Assembly: GCA_030693425.1 (NCBI GenBank)
Contig: JAUYAM010000002.1
Span: 81,151-145,150 of the forward strand
Source: a bacterium
GTDB lineage: Bacteria; Patescibacteriota; Minisyncoccia; Minisyncoccales; GWA2-46-15
Reading direction: 5' to 3'
DNA: 64,000 bases
This document shows positions 27,796-35,647 of the stretch, piece after piece. The translations under genes were made by a program, and so were the position numbers. The stretch's first letter is position 1; each line of letters opens with the position of its first letter. The notes below the pieces were generated by a model, which was not told the DNA's origin, searched no databases, and was given only the letters and a program-made list of their open reading frames with translations.

Positions 27796-30039
27796 TCAGC
27801 GGTCTCGACTTGTTTTGCTTAGGATTAGATTCCCTATTTCATTTTTGTCTGCTGCCATCGGCAGATCAATGTAAAAAGAGGTGCCTTTGTTTTTTCCGGC
27901 TGATTCGGCGCGGATATCGCCGCCGTGGAGCTTGACGAATTTCTGGGCGATGTAAAGGCCCAACCCGGCTCCTTCGGTCCAGTAGCGGTCGCCGGCGTGG
28001 CCTCTAGAAAAGCTTTTGAAAAGGTCTTTGAGGTCTTTTTTGCTGATACCCGCCCCGGTGTCTTTTATTTCAATGACGACTTTTTGGGATAGTCCCCGGC
28101 TTTGACTGGCTTCGACGGTAATGTTTCCCTTTTGGGTGTAGAGGATGGCGTTGTCAATGATAATAATAAGCACCTGCCTGATTTTTTCCTTGTCCATAAG
28201 AATTTGGGGCAACGGCTCTTTCTCCTCTTTGTAGGCTAAAACTAGGTTCTTTCCCTTGGCTTCGGTTTTTAGGGCTTCGATGACGCTGGTAATCAGTTCT
28301 TTGAGCGAGCTCTTTTCCAGGTTTAGTTCGATTCGGCCGGCTTCTATTCTGGAAACTGTTAAAATATCTCCGACCAGCTTTATTAACCTCTCGTTTGTCT
28401 GAAAAACTCTTTGGATAGGCTCTTTCATTCTCCCGGGCATGTTTCCGTAGGTTCCTTCAACGGCCATCGACAAATACCCCTTGATAATACTCAAAGGAGT
28501 TCTTAGTTGGTGCGAAGCAATGGAGATAAACTCCGATTTTGCCTCGTCTAGTTTTTTGAGCTCTTCGTAAGCCTCTTTTAATTCTCTGGTTTGTTCATCA
28601 ACCTTGGCTTGGAGGTTTTTTGACAAGTCTTGAACTTGGGAATAAAGCTTGGCGTTTTGCAGGGCAATCGAGGCCTGATGCGACAGGGCCGTGAGCAGGT
28701 CCAAGTCCTCTTTGGAATAGGAATCTCCGGAAATCTTGTTGCCCAGGACGATGATGCCGATAATTTTATCTTCGATTAAAAGCGGCAGGCAGAGGCTGGC
28801 CTCAATCCTTTTCATGTTTTGCTTCAGCTTTTCGAGATCGGTTTTTTCCGTCATTTTGCTGTCTCTAATGACCAAAGACAATTCCTCATAAACCAAGGCT
28901 CTTTTGGTTTTCTCGAGATATGAGGTTAAGAAATCGTCCCTGACCAAAGAGATGCCGTTTTCCTCTCTGAATCCGATATTCTTTTTGATCTGGTAGTCTC
29001 CGGTTTGAGGATCCCTTAAAAGGATGACCGTTCTGTCTAACTTCATGGTTTCTACCAGGGTGCTGGTGATTAAAGAAGCTAACTGATCAAGGTCTAATAC
29101 TCGGGTCAATTTTCTTCCCATGTTGATGATGACCGTTTGATACGAATAGAATGTGTAATAGAAATATTTTGAAGCCAGGTTTTCAAAAAAACGGTAGACC
29201 GGTTGAAATAAAAGGATGCTTAAAAAAATAATTAATGGTCCTAAAACATTGAAAGTTGCTGGTTGCTCTAATTTGTTATTCAGAATGATTGTCAAAGAAG
29301 CCAGACCGATGACGACAAGGAAGGAAAGAAAATAAACCGCGCTTTTGCCGATGACAAAACGGATATCCATTAGTTGATAGACCATGACGGCGTAAGAAAC
29401 AAAACCGACCATGAAAAGAGTTGCCACCTGGCCAAGCCAATTAAAGCGGAAATCACCGATGGTCGGCAGGAATAAATTAAAGATTGATCCCAGAACAATG
29501 GAAAGGCTGGTCCCCAAGAGCATATACCTGACTTGTGATTTTAGGATCCCATGAGACTTTATATATCTTTTAAAAAGATTCCAAAGAGCCCAGGTGAAAT
29601 AGCTGGAAATGTAGACCGTATAAAGGAGATAAGCTGGTCCCCAAAGAATTTCTTTTTCTTGGCCAAGATGAACTTTTACATCTTTGATAATCATTCCTTT
29701 CAAAGCTACCAAGACGACTACAATAATCATTGGCAAGACAATCAAGAGACATTCTCTTTTTGTGATTTTCCATTCTCCGTGGGGGTAGATAAAGGTAAAA
29801 TATAAGAAAGAGATCGGAATAAGGGTGGCCGAAACATAAAGAATCTGGCACCAAATAACAGAAGTTTCTTGCGGCGAGGATCTGTAGAGAATCATCGAGG
29901 CTATCCAGAGGATGACTGCTCCGATAACAGTGCTCCAAATCAAATTTACTTTTCCTCTTTTGCTTTTAAAATAACTGAAAAATGCCAAAGCAAAATTAGC
30001 AATCAGGACAATTACAAGAATAGTATTTTTCCAGTCCAT
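27796..30039 (-). CDS. sensor histidine kinase (7TM N-terminal domain, GAF-like, HisKA, HATPase_c)
   Basis: 747 aa. About 7 TM helices, HisKA SIASHQLRTPL, HATPase GAGLGLYIAQKFVKLHGGDIRAESAGKNKGTSFYIDLP. This is the intact source-like copy of the repeated 3' segment. Confidence 0.9.
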   Translation of the reverse strand: MDWKNTILVIVLIANFALAFFSYFKSKRGKVNLIWSTVIGAVILWIASMILYRSSPQETSVIWCQILYVSATLIPISFLYFTFIYPHGEWKITKRECLLIVLPMIIVVVLVALKGMIIKDVKVHLGQEKEILWGPAYLLYTVYISSYFTWALWNLFKRYIKSHGILKSQVRYMLLGTSLSIVLGSIFNLFLPTIGDFRFNWLGQVATLFMVGFVSYAVMVYQLMDIRFVIGKSAVYFLSFLVVIGLASLTIILNNKLEQPATFNVLGPLIIFLSILLFQPVYRFFENLASKYFYYTFYSYQTVIINMGRKLTRVLDLDQLASLITSTLVETMKLDRTVILLRDPQTGDYQIKKNIGFREENGISLVRDDFLTSYLEKTKRALVYEELSLVIRDSKMTEKTDLEKLKQNMKRIEASLCLPLLIEDKIIGIIVLGNKISGDSYSKEDLDLLTALSHQASIALQNAKLYSQVQDLSKNLQAKVDEQTRELKEAYEELKKLDEAKSEFISIASHQLRTPLSIIKGYLSMAVEGTYGNMPGRMKEPIQRVFQTNERLIKLVGDILTVSRIEAGRIELNLEKSSLKELITSVIEALKTEAKGKNLVLAYKEEKEPLPQILMDKEKIRQVLIIIIDNAILYTQKGNITVEASQSRGLSQKVVIEIKDTGAGISKKDLKDLFKSFSRGHAGDRYWTEGAGLGLYIAQKFVKLHGGDIRAESAGKNKGTSFYIDLPMAADKNEIGNLILSKTSRDR

Positions 30040-30093
30040 ATTGATTTATATTACCACCAAAAGTTTTGAAAATCAAAAGTGAGCCCTTGTCAG

Positions 30094-31098
30094 CTAGAGC
30101 TCACTTTGATGTTCGACTATGGGTGCCGTAAACCCAAGCATCCTTGCGGCATTATTGAATCGCTGCTGGTCATCAATCTTAGCGTTATCGGCAGCGATAA
30201 CAATCGCCTCGACGCAGCACCCTGGCAGCCAAGTAGGTTTCCATTTCGGAAGCCGTGGCATAAAGATGCTCCCTTTTAGCGTCAGGGTGGCCTTGATCAC
30301 TCTGCCCTCCTTTCTTTTTATAGCTGCGACCAAGCGCTTGGGCAATTGAGGGTGCGTATCATCAACGACGATGACCCCGTTATCCAAATGGTCAATTACG
30401 GTTTCCATCTGTTCTCCTCTTGCGGTCAGGACAACCACGACATTGCATCCAGAAACCGCTGCTGGATCACGAGCCCTCCGCTTATCGGCGCGAGGATCAA
30501 TAGCGACTACTTTCCAGGTTTCTTTGAGGGTATTGACCACTCGGGAACCAAGGTATCCATAACCTCCCAAGACGCCGATCTTGACCTGTTCTGGGCTAAG
30601 ACCGGCATCGGCGATAGCTTGTTGTGTGACGGCAACAACAGTGTAGGTTGAGCCCATGTTGCCGGCCACAATCGGCGCGGGTAAGCTACTATAGCCGTTT
30701 TGGAGCAGTACGCTAGGAAGCCGTCCGGCTAGGGCGACTGCCTTAGCGCCGATGGCATCGGCGAGGCTTTTAACCTCTTTAACCATCCTTTCAAGTCTTT
30801 GATGTCGATGACCTGCGTCTTCCATTTCCTCGATCGTGCGAGGGATGGTGACTACCAGTCCAGGGTACCTTCCTTTTATTACGCCGATGACCGAGATCAT
30901 TGGCGCAATTTCCCGGTACCACAGAGGCGCATAGCCGCGCACTTGATCTAAGGTTCCGGGGTAAACCAGGAATATGAACCGGAAGACTGGTCGGCCAAGT
31001 TTTTTTGCCACCCTGAGGGGCATTAAAACGATTGGCCAAAGCAGGTTCATCGTGAAATAGGCCGCAAACCGGCCCAAGAACCACAATTGTCGTTTCAT
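30094..31098 (-). CDS. NAD(P)-binding oxidoreductase, acyl-ACP reductase-like / COG5322-type (tentative)
   Basis: 334 aa, GC-rich. AGNMGSTYTV...IGVLGGYGYLGSRV...VVVLTARGEQ parallels the cyanobacterial acyl-ACP reductase layout as I recall it. N-terminal hydrophobic segment. GGAGG SD 6 nt upstream. Confidence 0.45.
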   Translation of the reverse strand: MKRQLWFLGRFAAYFTMNLLWPIVLMPLRVAKKLGRPVFRFIFLVYPGTLDQVRGYAPLWYREIAPMISVIGVIKGRYPGLVVTIPRTIEEMEDAGHRHQRLERMVKEVKSLADAIGAKAVALAGRLPSVLLQNGYSSLPAPIVAGNMGSTYTVVAVTQQAIADAGLSPEQVKIGVLGGYGYLGSRVVNTLKETWKVVAIDPRADKRRARDPAAVSGCNVVVVLTARGEQMETVIDHLDNGVIVVDDTHPQLPKRLVAAIKRKEGRVIKATLTLKGSIFMPRLPKWKPTWLPGCCVEAIVIAADNAKIDDQQRFNNAARMLGFTAPIVEHQSEL

Positions 31099-31249
31099 CT
31101 GCCACCTCCTGGGTGATTTTCGTAAAGGTCTGCTGACAAGACCTTATTGACAATGTTGCTAATTTATTTATAGCAGAAGTCGAGCAAAAAGAAAAGAGGC
31201 CTCAGCAACTATGTGTGAGGTCTCTTTTAGGTGAAGGGGCGCCGGTCAT

Positions 31250-31459
31250 CTATGCGCCGTGACCGCCTTGCATGACCGCCCTGATGCCGAGAATCGCGCC
31301 GGCAATGACTGCTCCGGCAAACGCCAGCCCTATAACTAGCGGGCTGATGTTCATTTCGGCGGTAACAGCACCGATGATCCCAATTGCTGCGACAGCAATT
31401 ACGATCAATCCTAACCCCCTAACCAAGGGCACTACGATCCAAATCCAAAACTCGTTCAT
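31250..31459 (-). CDS. small two-TM membrane protein (69 aa)
   Basis: Start trimmed to MNEFWIWIVVPL, with GGAG 6 nt upstream. Gly/Ala/Ile-rich TM helices. Confidence 0.55.
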   Translation of the reverse strand: MNEFWIWIVVPLVRGLGLIVIAVAAIGIIGAVTAEMNISPLVIGLAFAGAVIAGAILGIRAVMQGGHGA

Positions 31460-31585
31460 GGTAATCTCCTTTTCCTTTCCTTGGAATAGTTCGAATATGC
31501 TGATTTTTTCATAACACAAGTTAGTCGAAAAGAAAAGACCCGGCGCGCTTTGATGAGCGGCCGGGACTTTCTTCCGTGCGGCTGG

Positions 31586-31726
31586 CTAACATACCAGCGC
31601 GCACAGGGGCAAGGGCGGGAATTCATAATAGAATCGCAGCCAGATCATGCCGGCCGCGATCACCACGATCGCCAAGCCGAAGGCGATCGGCACCACCCTC
31701 GCCGGGAGGGAAAGTTTATTGACCAT
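31586..31726 (-). CDS. small membrane protein (46 aa), below the ORF-track threshold
   Basis: Hand translation: MVNKLSLPARVVPIAFGLAIVVIAAGMIWLRFYYEFPPLPLCALVC. AAGGAGG lies 6 nt upstream of the ATG. Confidence 0.45.
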   Translation of the reverse strand: MVNKLSLPARVVPIAFGLAIVVIAAGMIWLRFYYEFPPLPLCALVC

Positions 31727-31791
31727 CACGCACCTCCTTGTGCTATCTATATTAAATCAGAAAACGTTCAGAAGATCAATTAAAATTTAGT

Positions 31792-31863
31792 CATCGGCAG
31801 TTCAACGTAAAAAGCGGTGCCTTTGTTTTTTCCCGCTGATTCGGCGCGGATATCGCCGCCGTG
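31792..31863 (-). pseudogene. orphan 3' fragment of sensor histidine kinase (fragment D)
   Basis: Encodes HGGDIRAESAGKNKGTAFYVELP. About 5 mismatches over 72 nt to 27856-27927. Shares an exact cggcagttcaacgtaaaa with the 3' end of the kinase at 11467. Confidence 0.8.
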
Positions 31864-31960
31864 GCCAGAGATAAAATGTCCGAGGATAACGAATTTCATT
31901 ATTAGACAAATCTCCTTTAACTGCTTATTATTTTAGCACGATAGCTGGGGTTGCCAAGCC

Positions 31961-31989
31961 TTGACTTTCCCTACAGGGCGTGGTATAAT
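31961..31989 (+). promoter_or_regulatory. near-consensus sigma70-type promoter (TTGACT-17 nt-TATAAT, with TGn extended -10)
   Basis: ttgact ttccctacagggcgtgg tataat. Lies 79 nt upstream of the ATG at 32068. Confidence 0.6.
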
Positions 31990-32067
31990 TGAGGTGTTGT
32001 ACACTGTCAATCCCGCTGAGGCGTTATGCCGGAAGCGGGAAAAATATTCAGAAAAGGAGAAGTACAG

Positions 32068-32682
32068 ATGAATACGACGAATTTGCAACAAGCTTTGCAA
32101 GAGGCTCGGGAACGAGCCGAACAGGCCGAACGGGCTCGTGTCGAAGCCGAGACCCAAGCGAAGCTCTTCGGAGTTTTGGCCCGGGTAGCCCAGGCCGATG
32201 TCAAGGCCACTCAGGCCGTGGTCGATGTCAAAGAGACCGAGGCTACTTGGCGGAAAGCCGGCGAAAACGAGGCAATCGCCTCCGAGGCCAAAACCAAGGC
32301 CGAGGCCGGAAAGACCGAGGCCGAGAAGAAATTGGTCCAGGCCAAAGCTGACTTCAAGGTCGCCGAGGCCAGTGAGGTTCAGGCCAAGGATATTCTGGTT
32401 GCAGCCGCCAAGGTGGCTCAGGCCATGGCTATTGCCAAGGCCGATGCTGACAAGGATCTGGCCGTGGCCCGAGCAGAGCTGGAAAAAATCCAGCCTCTGG
32501 CCCCCGCCCCCGAGCCCACTCCAGTTCCCGTTCTCGACTCCGTTCCGGCCAAAGCCCATGTCGGATTTTGGGCCAAGTTGTTTGGGGGTCAATCAACCGT
32601 CAAATGCCCGAGCTGCGGGCAGATGACGCCTCAGGGGCCATTCTGCGTTAACTGCAGCGGGGCACTAGGAGGTGTTGCATGA
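32068..32682 (+). CDS. Ala/Glu/Lys-rich coiled-coil protein with C-terminal zinc ribbon
   Basis: Start trimmed to MNTTNLQQ, with a GGAG SD 8 nt upstream. C-terminal CPSCG...CVNC. About 60% GC. Confidence 0.65.
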   Translation: MNTTNLQQALQEARERAEQAERARVEAETQAKLFGVLARVAQADVKATQAVVDVKETEATWRKAGENEAIASEAKTKAEAGKTEAEKKLVQAKADFKVAEASEVQAKDILVAAAKVAQAMAIAKADADKDLAVARAELEKIQPLAPAPEPTPVPVLDSVPAKAHVGFWAKLFGGQSTVKCPSCGQMTPQGPFCVNCSGALGGVA

Positions 32683-33545
32683 CCTCCCTTACTTGCCCTG
32701 GCTGTGGCCAGCCGGTTCGGGTCGGCTGGAAGTTCTGCGGCAGTTGTCGCACTCCATTGTCCGCCCCGCCCGCCGCCGCTACCCCCGCCCAGCCTGCGCC
32801 TCAGGCCACGCCCCGGATCCCGTTTCGCGTGCGGATCCGGAAGAACTGGCCCCTGTGGGTGGGCCTGGCGGTCATCGGGTCGTGCTGCATGTGCGGGGCC
32901 CTGCTAGTCTCGGCCCTTTGGCTCGAGACGCTGAAATCCACTGTTCAAACAGTGGCTCAGCAGCAGGTCGAGCCGCCGGCATCGTATGTGCCGACGCAGG
33001 CCCCGGCCGTGGTCCCTCAACCTGATTCTGGGGCCCAGCCCCAGCCCGGGACATCTGATCCCGGGATCGCACCTCTCGCGCCCCTGTCGCTCCCGCCCGC
33101 CCTGTCCGGCCAATACCAGGTGGTGGATCCTGACGGAAATTACCTCGTCGGGACCATCACTTTCGCCGATGGGGCCGGCTGCTACGACGGGTGCGGGTCT
33201 TTCTCAGCGAATATCACGCCGAGAGAAGTCCAGGCCATGGACGACGGCACGATCGTCTTCCACTTCCAGATCGATTTTCTGGAGGTCAGCGGCAATCCAT
33301 ATTTCCGGCAGGAGTTCTTGAACGCCACAATGTATATCAACAACGTGGAGTTCAAGCCCACCGGCAGTTCTCTCCCAAGTCAGGTTACCCCGGAATTAGT
33401 GGGGAAACCACTGATGGGGTACCTGACATTCCCGGGACGGATTCTCGCGGTGGATCCAGCGAATTCACCGGAGTATAGTTTCCGGCTCGAGATTCCCCTT
33501 CTCAATCAGCCACTAGTAGGAGGGTGGCTGAAACCAAAGAGCTAG
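32679..33545 (+). CDS. zinc-ribbon / Pro-rich / single-TM protein with extracytoplasmic domain
   Basis: N-terminal CPGCG...CGSC, a Pro/Ala linker and the TM helix WPLWVGLAVIGSCCMCGALLVSALWL. ATGA overlap with the upstream gene. Confidence 0.65.
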   Translation: MTSLTCPGCGQPVRVGWKFCGSCRTPLSAPPAAATPAQPAPQATPRIPFRVRIRKNWPLWVGLAVIGSCCMCGALLVSALWLETLKSTVQTVAQQQVEPPASYVPTQAPAVVPQPDSGAQPQPGTSDPGIAPLAPLSLPPALSGQYQVVDPDGNYLVGTITFADGAGCYDGCGSFSANITPREVQAMDDGTIVFHFQIDFLEVSGNPYFRQEFLNATMYINNVEFKPTGSSLPSQVTPELVGKPLMGYLTFPGRILAVDPANSPEYSFRLEIPLLNQPLVGGWLKPKS

Positions 33546-33715
33546 GAAGGTAGCTCAAATGAGAAAAAAAGTGCCCAAAGTATATGCCCAAAGCGTATGC
33601 GGCGGGCACTTTTTCATTAGCATTTCGATCAGACAGTTCCTCTTTATTACAACGCCGCCGGGGCGCGTTGTGTTAAACTTCACTTCGTACAAGATCATTT
33701 CAAAAACAACCATAC

Positions 33716-33741
33716 AAAAAATCCACGATCGTGGATTTTTT
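33716..33741. terminator. bidirectional intrinsic terminator
   Basis: aaaaaatccac-gatc-gtggatttttt: a perfect stem flanked by an A-tract and a T-tract, between convergent genes. Confidence 0.75.
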
Positions 33742-33769
33742 GTAATCTTGGCATTTCATCTTCCGGTCT

Positions 33770-34045
33770 TTATTCAGTCGGCAGGTTGCCCGGCGGTTCG
33801 GGGTCTTTTGAGGCTAATAGCCGAGGTTCTTGGCCAGCCGGCAAAGAAACTGGCGCTGGCGTTGGTGCCTGGCTCACCTGCCTCTTTGCGAGCTCGGGTG
33901 TTTTCTCTGGTTTTGACTCCATGACAGGTTCAGCCTTTATTTTCGGCAAGCTGGGCTTAATAATTGGTTTTTGCTTTCTTTGGAAACGCTGAAAAGCAAA
34001 GATAGTCAGACAAACCGCCAGAAGGATTAAGAAAAAAAGTGTCAT
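33770..34045 (-). CDS. membrane-anchored Pro/Lys-rich hypothetical protein
   Basis: Start trimmed to MTLFFLILLAVCL (TM helix), followed by a low-complexity tail. Confidence 0.4.
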   Translation of the reverse strand: MTLFFLILLAVCLTIFAFQRFQRKQKPIIKPSLPKIKAEPVMESKPEKTPELAKRQVSQAPTPAPVSLPAGQEPRLLASKDPEPPGNLPTE

Positions 34046-34116
34046 GTTTTTTGTGAGTTGCTTAACCCGGTTAAGCAACAGACCCTTTATATTTTATCCG
34101 CGCACCAGTCCCGCTT

Positions 34117-35595
34117 TTAGCGGGACGGTGCGGGATTCCGCTCCACGCGTAAGCGTGGGAGGAATCCCGTAGCGGAGAAGATACCACGCGCTTGCGCGTG
34201 GAGCTTCATTTTCTTCTTTTCTGTTTTGCCTGTCAATAAAAGCGATAAGTTATAGATATCCCCTGCCCCCATGATAACCAGAACTTCGTTGCCTGTCAGG
34301 TTTTTCTTTAAGTAAGTGACAATTTTTCGGGCAGTCGGAATATAAAAGATCTTTGTATTTCGTATATCGTATTTTGTATCTAGTATTTGTTGGACGGCGA
34401 CGGCGAGCTTTTGAGAATCGACTTTCTTTTTAATAGCCTGGCTTTCGCGGCCAGCCACGCTGTAAATTGGCGCCAAAATGAGCTTATTAATAGGAGCCGC
34501 AGCCAAAACTTTGACAAAATCTTTGAACAAATAATATGTCCTTTGATATTGGTGAGGCTGGAAAACGCAAAAGATTTTCTTTTTCGGATATTTTTCCCTA
34601 ACAGCTTTAAGAGTGACTTCGATTTCTTTTGGGTGATGGGCGTAGTCGGAAATTAGTTTATAGTTTATAGTTTTTAGTTTAATAGTTCTTTCTTCAAAGC
34701 GGCGCCAGGCGCCGCGATATTCGCTTAACGCCTGAAAGCTGGTTTTGTCCGGGATTTTTAAGATTCTGGCAACTGAAAGGGCTGCCAAAGCATCAGCAAC
34801 TATATGTTCGCCAGGTATTTTCAGTATTTTTCTTAGTTTTTCTGCTTCTTTCAATTTTCTATCAAATAATACCGTGTTTTTCACGGCCGTGAAAAAGATG
34901 GTTTTCTCATTTATGTTTGTTACCAGCCAGCCATGTTTTGGCAAATGCCCGACGAATTTTCTGAAAGTCTTGATAATATTGCCTAAGGTTTTAAAGTAAT
35001 CCAAGTGGTCTTTATCAATCGTTGTCAGAACGATGATTTGGGGCCAGTAGTTCAAAAAAGAAGAGGCGTATTCATCGGCTTCGATGACGAGTATTTTGTA
35101 TTTAGTATTTAGTATCTTGTATCCGAATTTTTTCCCAAGGCGGAAGTTACTATCGCCGAATTCTTTTAGTTTTGTGCCGATGATCACGGTCGGGTCAAGG
35201 CCGGCCTTTATCAGGATCAAAGAAATCATCGCGGTGGTCGTGCCTTTGCCGTGAGTGCCGCAGACGGCAATGGTAAAGTATTGTTTAGTCAGCTTGCCAA
35301 GCGCTTCGGGATATGATTGGCGCTTAATCCTCCATTCCTTCGCCGCTTTTAACTCTGGGTTGTTTGGTTGAACCGCCGGGCTGTAAATCACCAAATCCGG
35401 CAACTGTTTAACCTCAGGGGTTAAACATTGGGGGTTGTGTTTGCCGATTCGAACTCTGGCTCCTAATTTTTCTAAGGCCTTGGTTATTTCAGACTCAGCC
35501 AAATCAGACCCTGAAACCTGGTGGCCTTGTGAAAGATAATATCTGGCTAGAGCTGAAACGCCGATGCCGCCAATGCCAATGAAGTGAACTCTCAT
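34117..35595 (-). CDS. murC: UDP-N-acetylmuramate--L-alanine ligase
   Basis: FIGIGGIGVSALA, GTHGKGTTT and EADEYASSF motifs. Carries three in-frame heptamer-array inserts and a ~35-aa C-terminal extension encoded by GC-rich hairpins. Confidence 0.9.
   Translation of the reverse strand: MRVHFIGIGGIGVSALARYYLSQGHQVSGSDLAESEITKALEKLGARVRIGKHNPQCLTPEVKQLPDLVIYSPAVQPNNPELKAAKEWRIKRQSYPEALGKLTKQYFTIAVCGTHGKGTTTAMISLILIKAGLDPTVIIGTKLKEFGDSNFRLGKKFGYKILNTKYKILVIEADEYASSFLNYWPQIIVLTTIDKDHLDYFKTLGNIIKTFRKFVGHLPKHGWLVTNINEKTIFFTAVKNTVLFDRKLKEAEKLRKILKIPGEHIVADALAALSVARILKIPDKTSFQALSEYRGAWRRFEERTIKLKTINYKLISDYAHHPKEIEVTLKAVREKYPKKKIFCVFQPHQYQRTYYLFKDFVKVLAAAPINKLILAPIYSVAGRESQAIKKKVDSQKLAVAVQQILDTKYDIRNTKIFYIPTARKIVTYLKKNLTGNEVLVIMGAGDIYNLSLLLTGKTEKKKMKLHAQARGIFSATGFLPRLRVERNPAPSR
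34354..34388. repeat. 5 x 7-nt tandem array, GTAT type, in frame in murC
   Basis: tgtattt cgtatat cgtattt tgtatct agtattt. Encodes DTKYDIRNTKI. Confidence 0.85.
34654..34688. repeat. about 5 x 7-nt tandem array, TAGTTTA type, in frame in murC
   Basis: tagttta tagttta tagtttt tagttta atagttc. Encodes KLKTINYKLIS. Confidence 0.8.
35090..35124. repeat. 5 x 7-nt tandem array, GTAT type, in frame in murC
   Basis: agtattt tgtattt agtattt agtatct tgtatcc. Encodes YKILNTKYKIL immediately before the conserved EADE motif. Confidence 0.85.
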
Positions 35596-35647
35596 AAAGC
35601 GGAAAGTTTAGAACTGGAGTTTTGACTTTTAAATTATGATTTTGCCC

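Noticed and set aside
31550-31783. 77-aa plus-strand ORF
   Set aside because: It has no SD and an Arg/His-rich, odd composition. The opposite strand carries a 46-aa TM ORF with AAGGAGG at ideal spacing.
18225-31863. Repeated kinase 3' segments as a CRISPR array or as DGR template/variable repeats
   Set aside because: The copies are 3-7 kb apart and are coding-derived. No cas or reverse-transcriptase gene is present. Differences between copies involve all base types rather than adenine-specific changes.
31933-32592. 219-aa Gly/Leu-rich minus-strand ORF
   Set aside because: It is a mirror image of the Ala/Glu/Lys-rich plus-strand gene. The plus-strand gene has a promoter, an SD and an ATGA coupling to the next gene. 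The GLGLG repeats are what the antisense of GCC/GAG/AAG codons produces.
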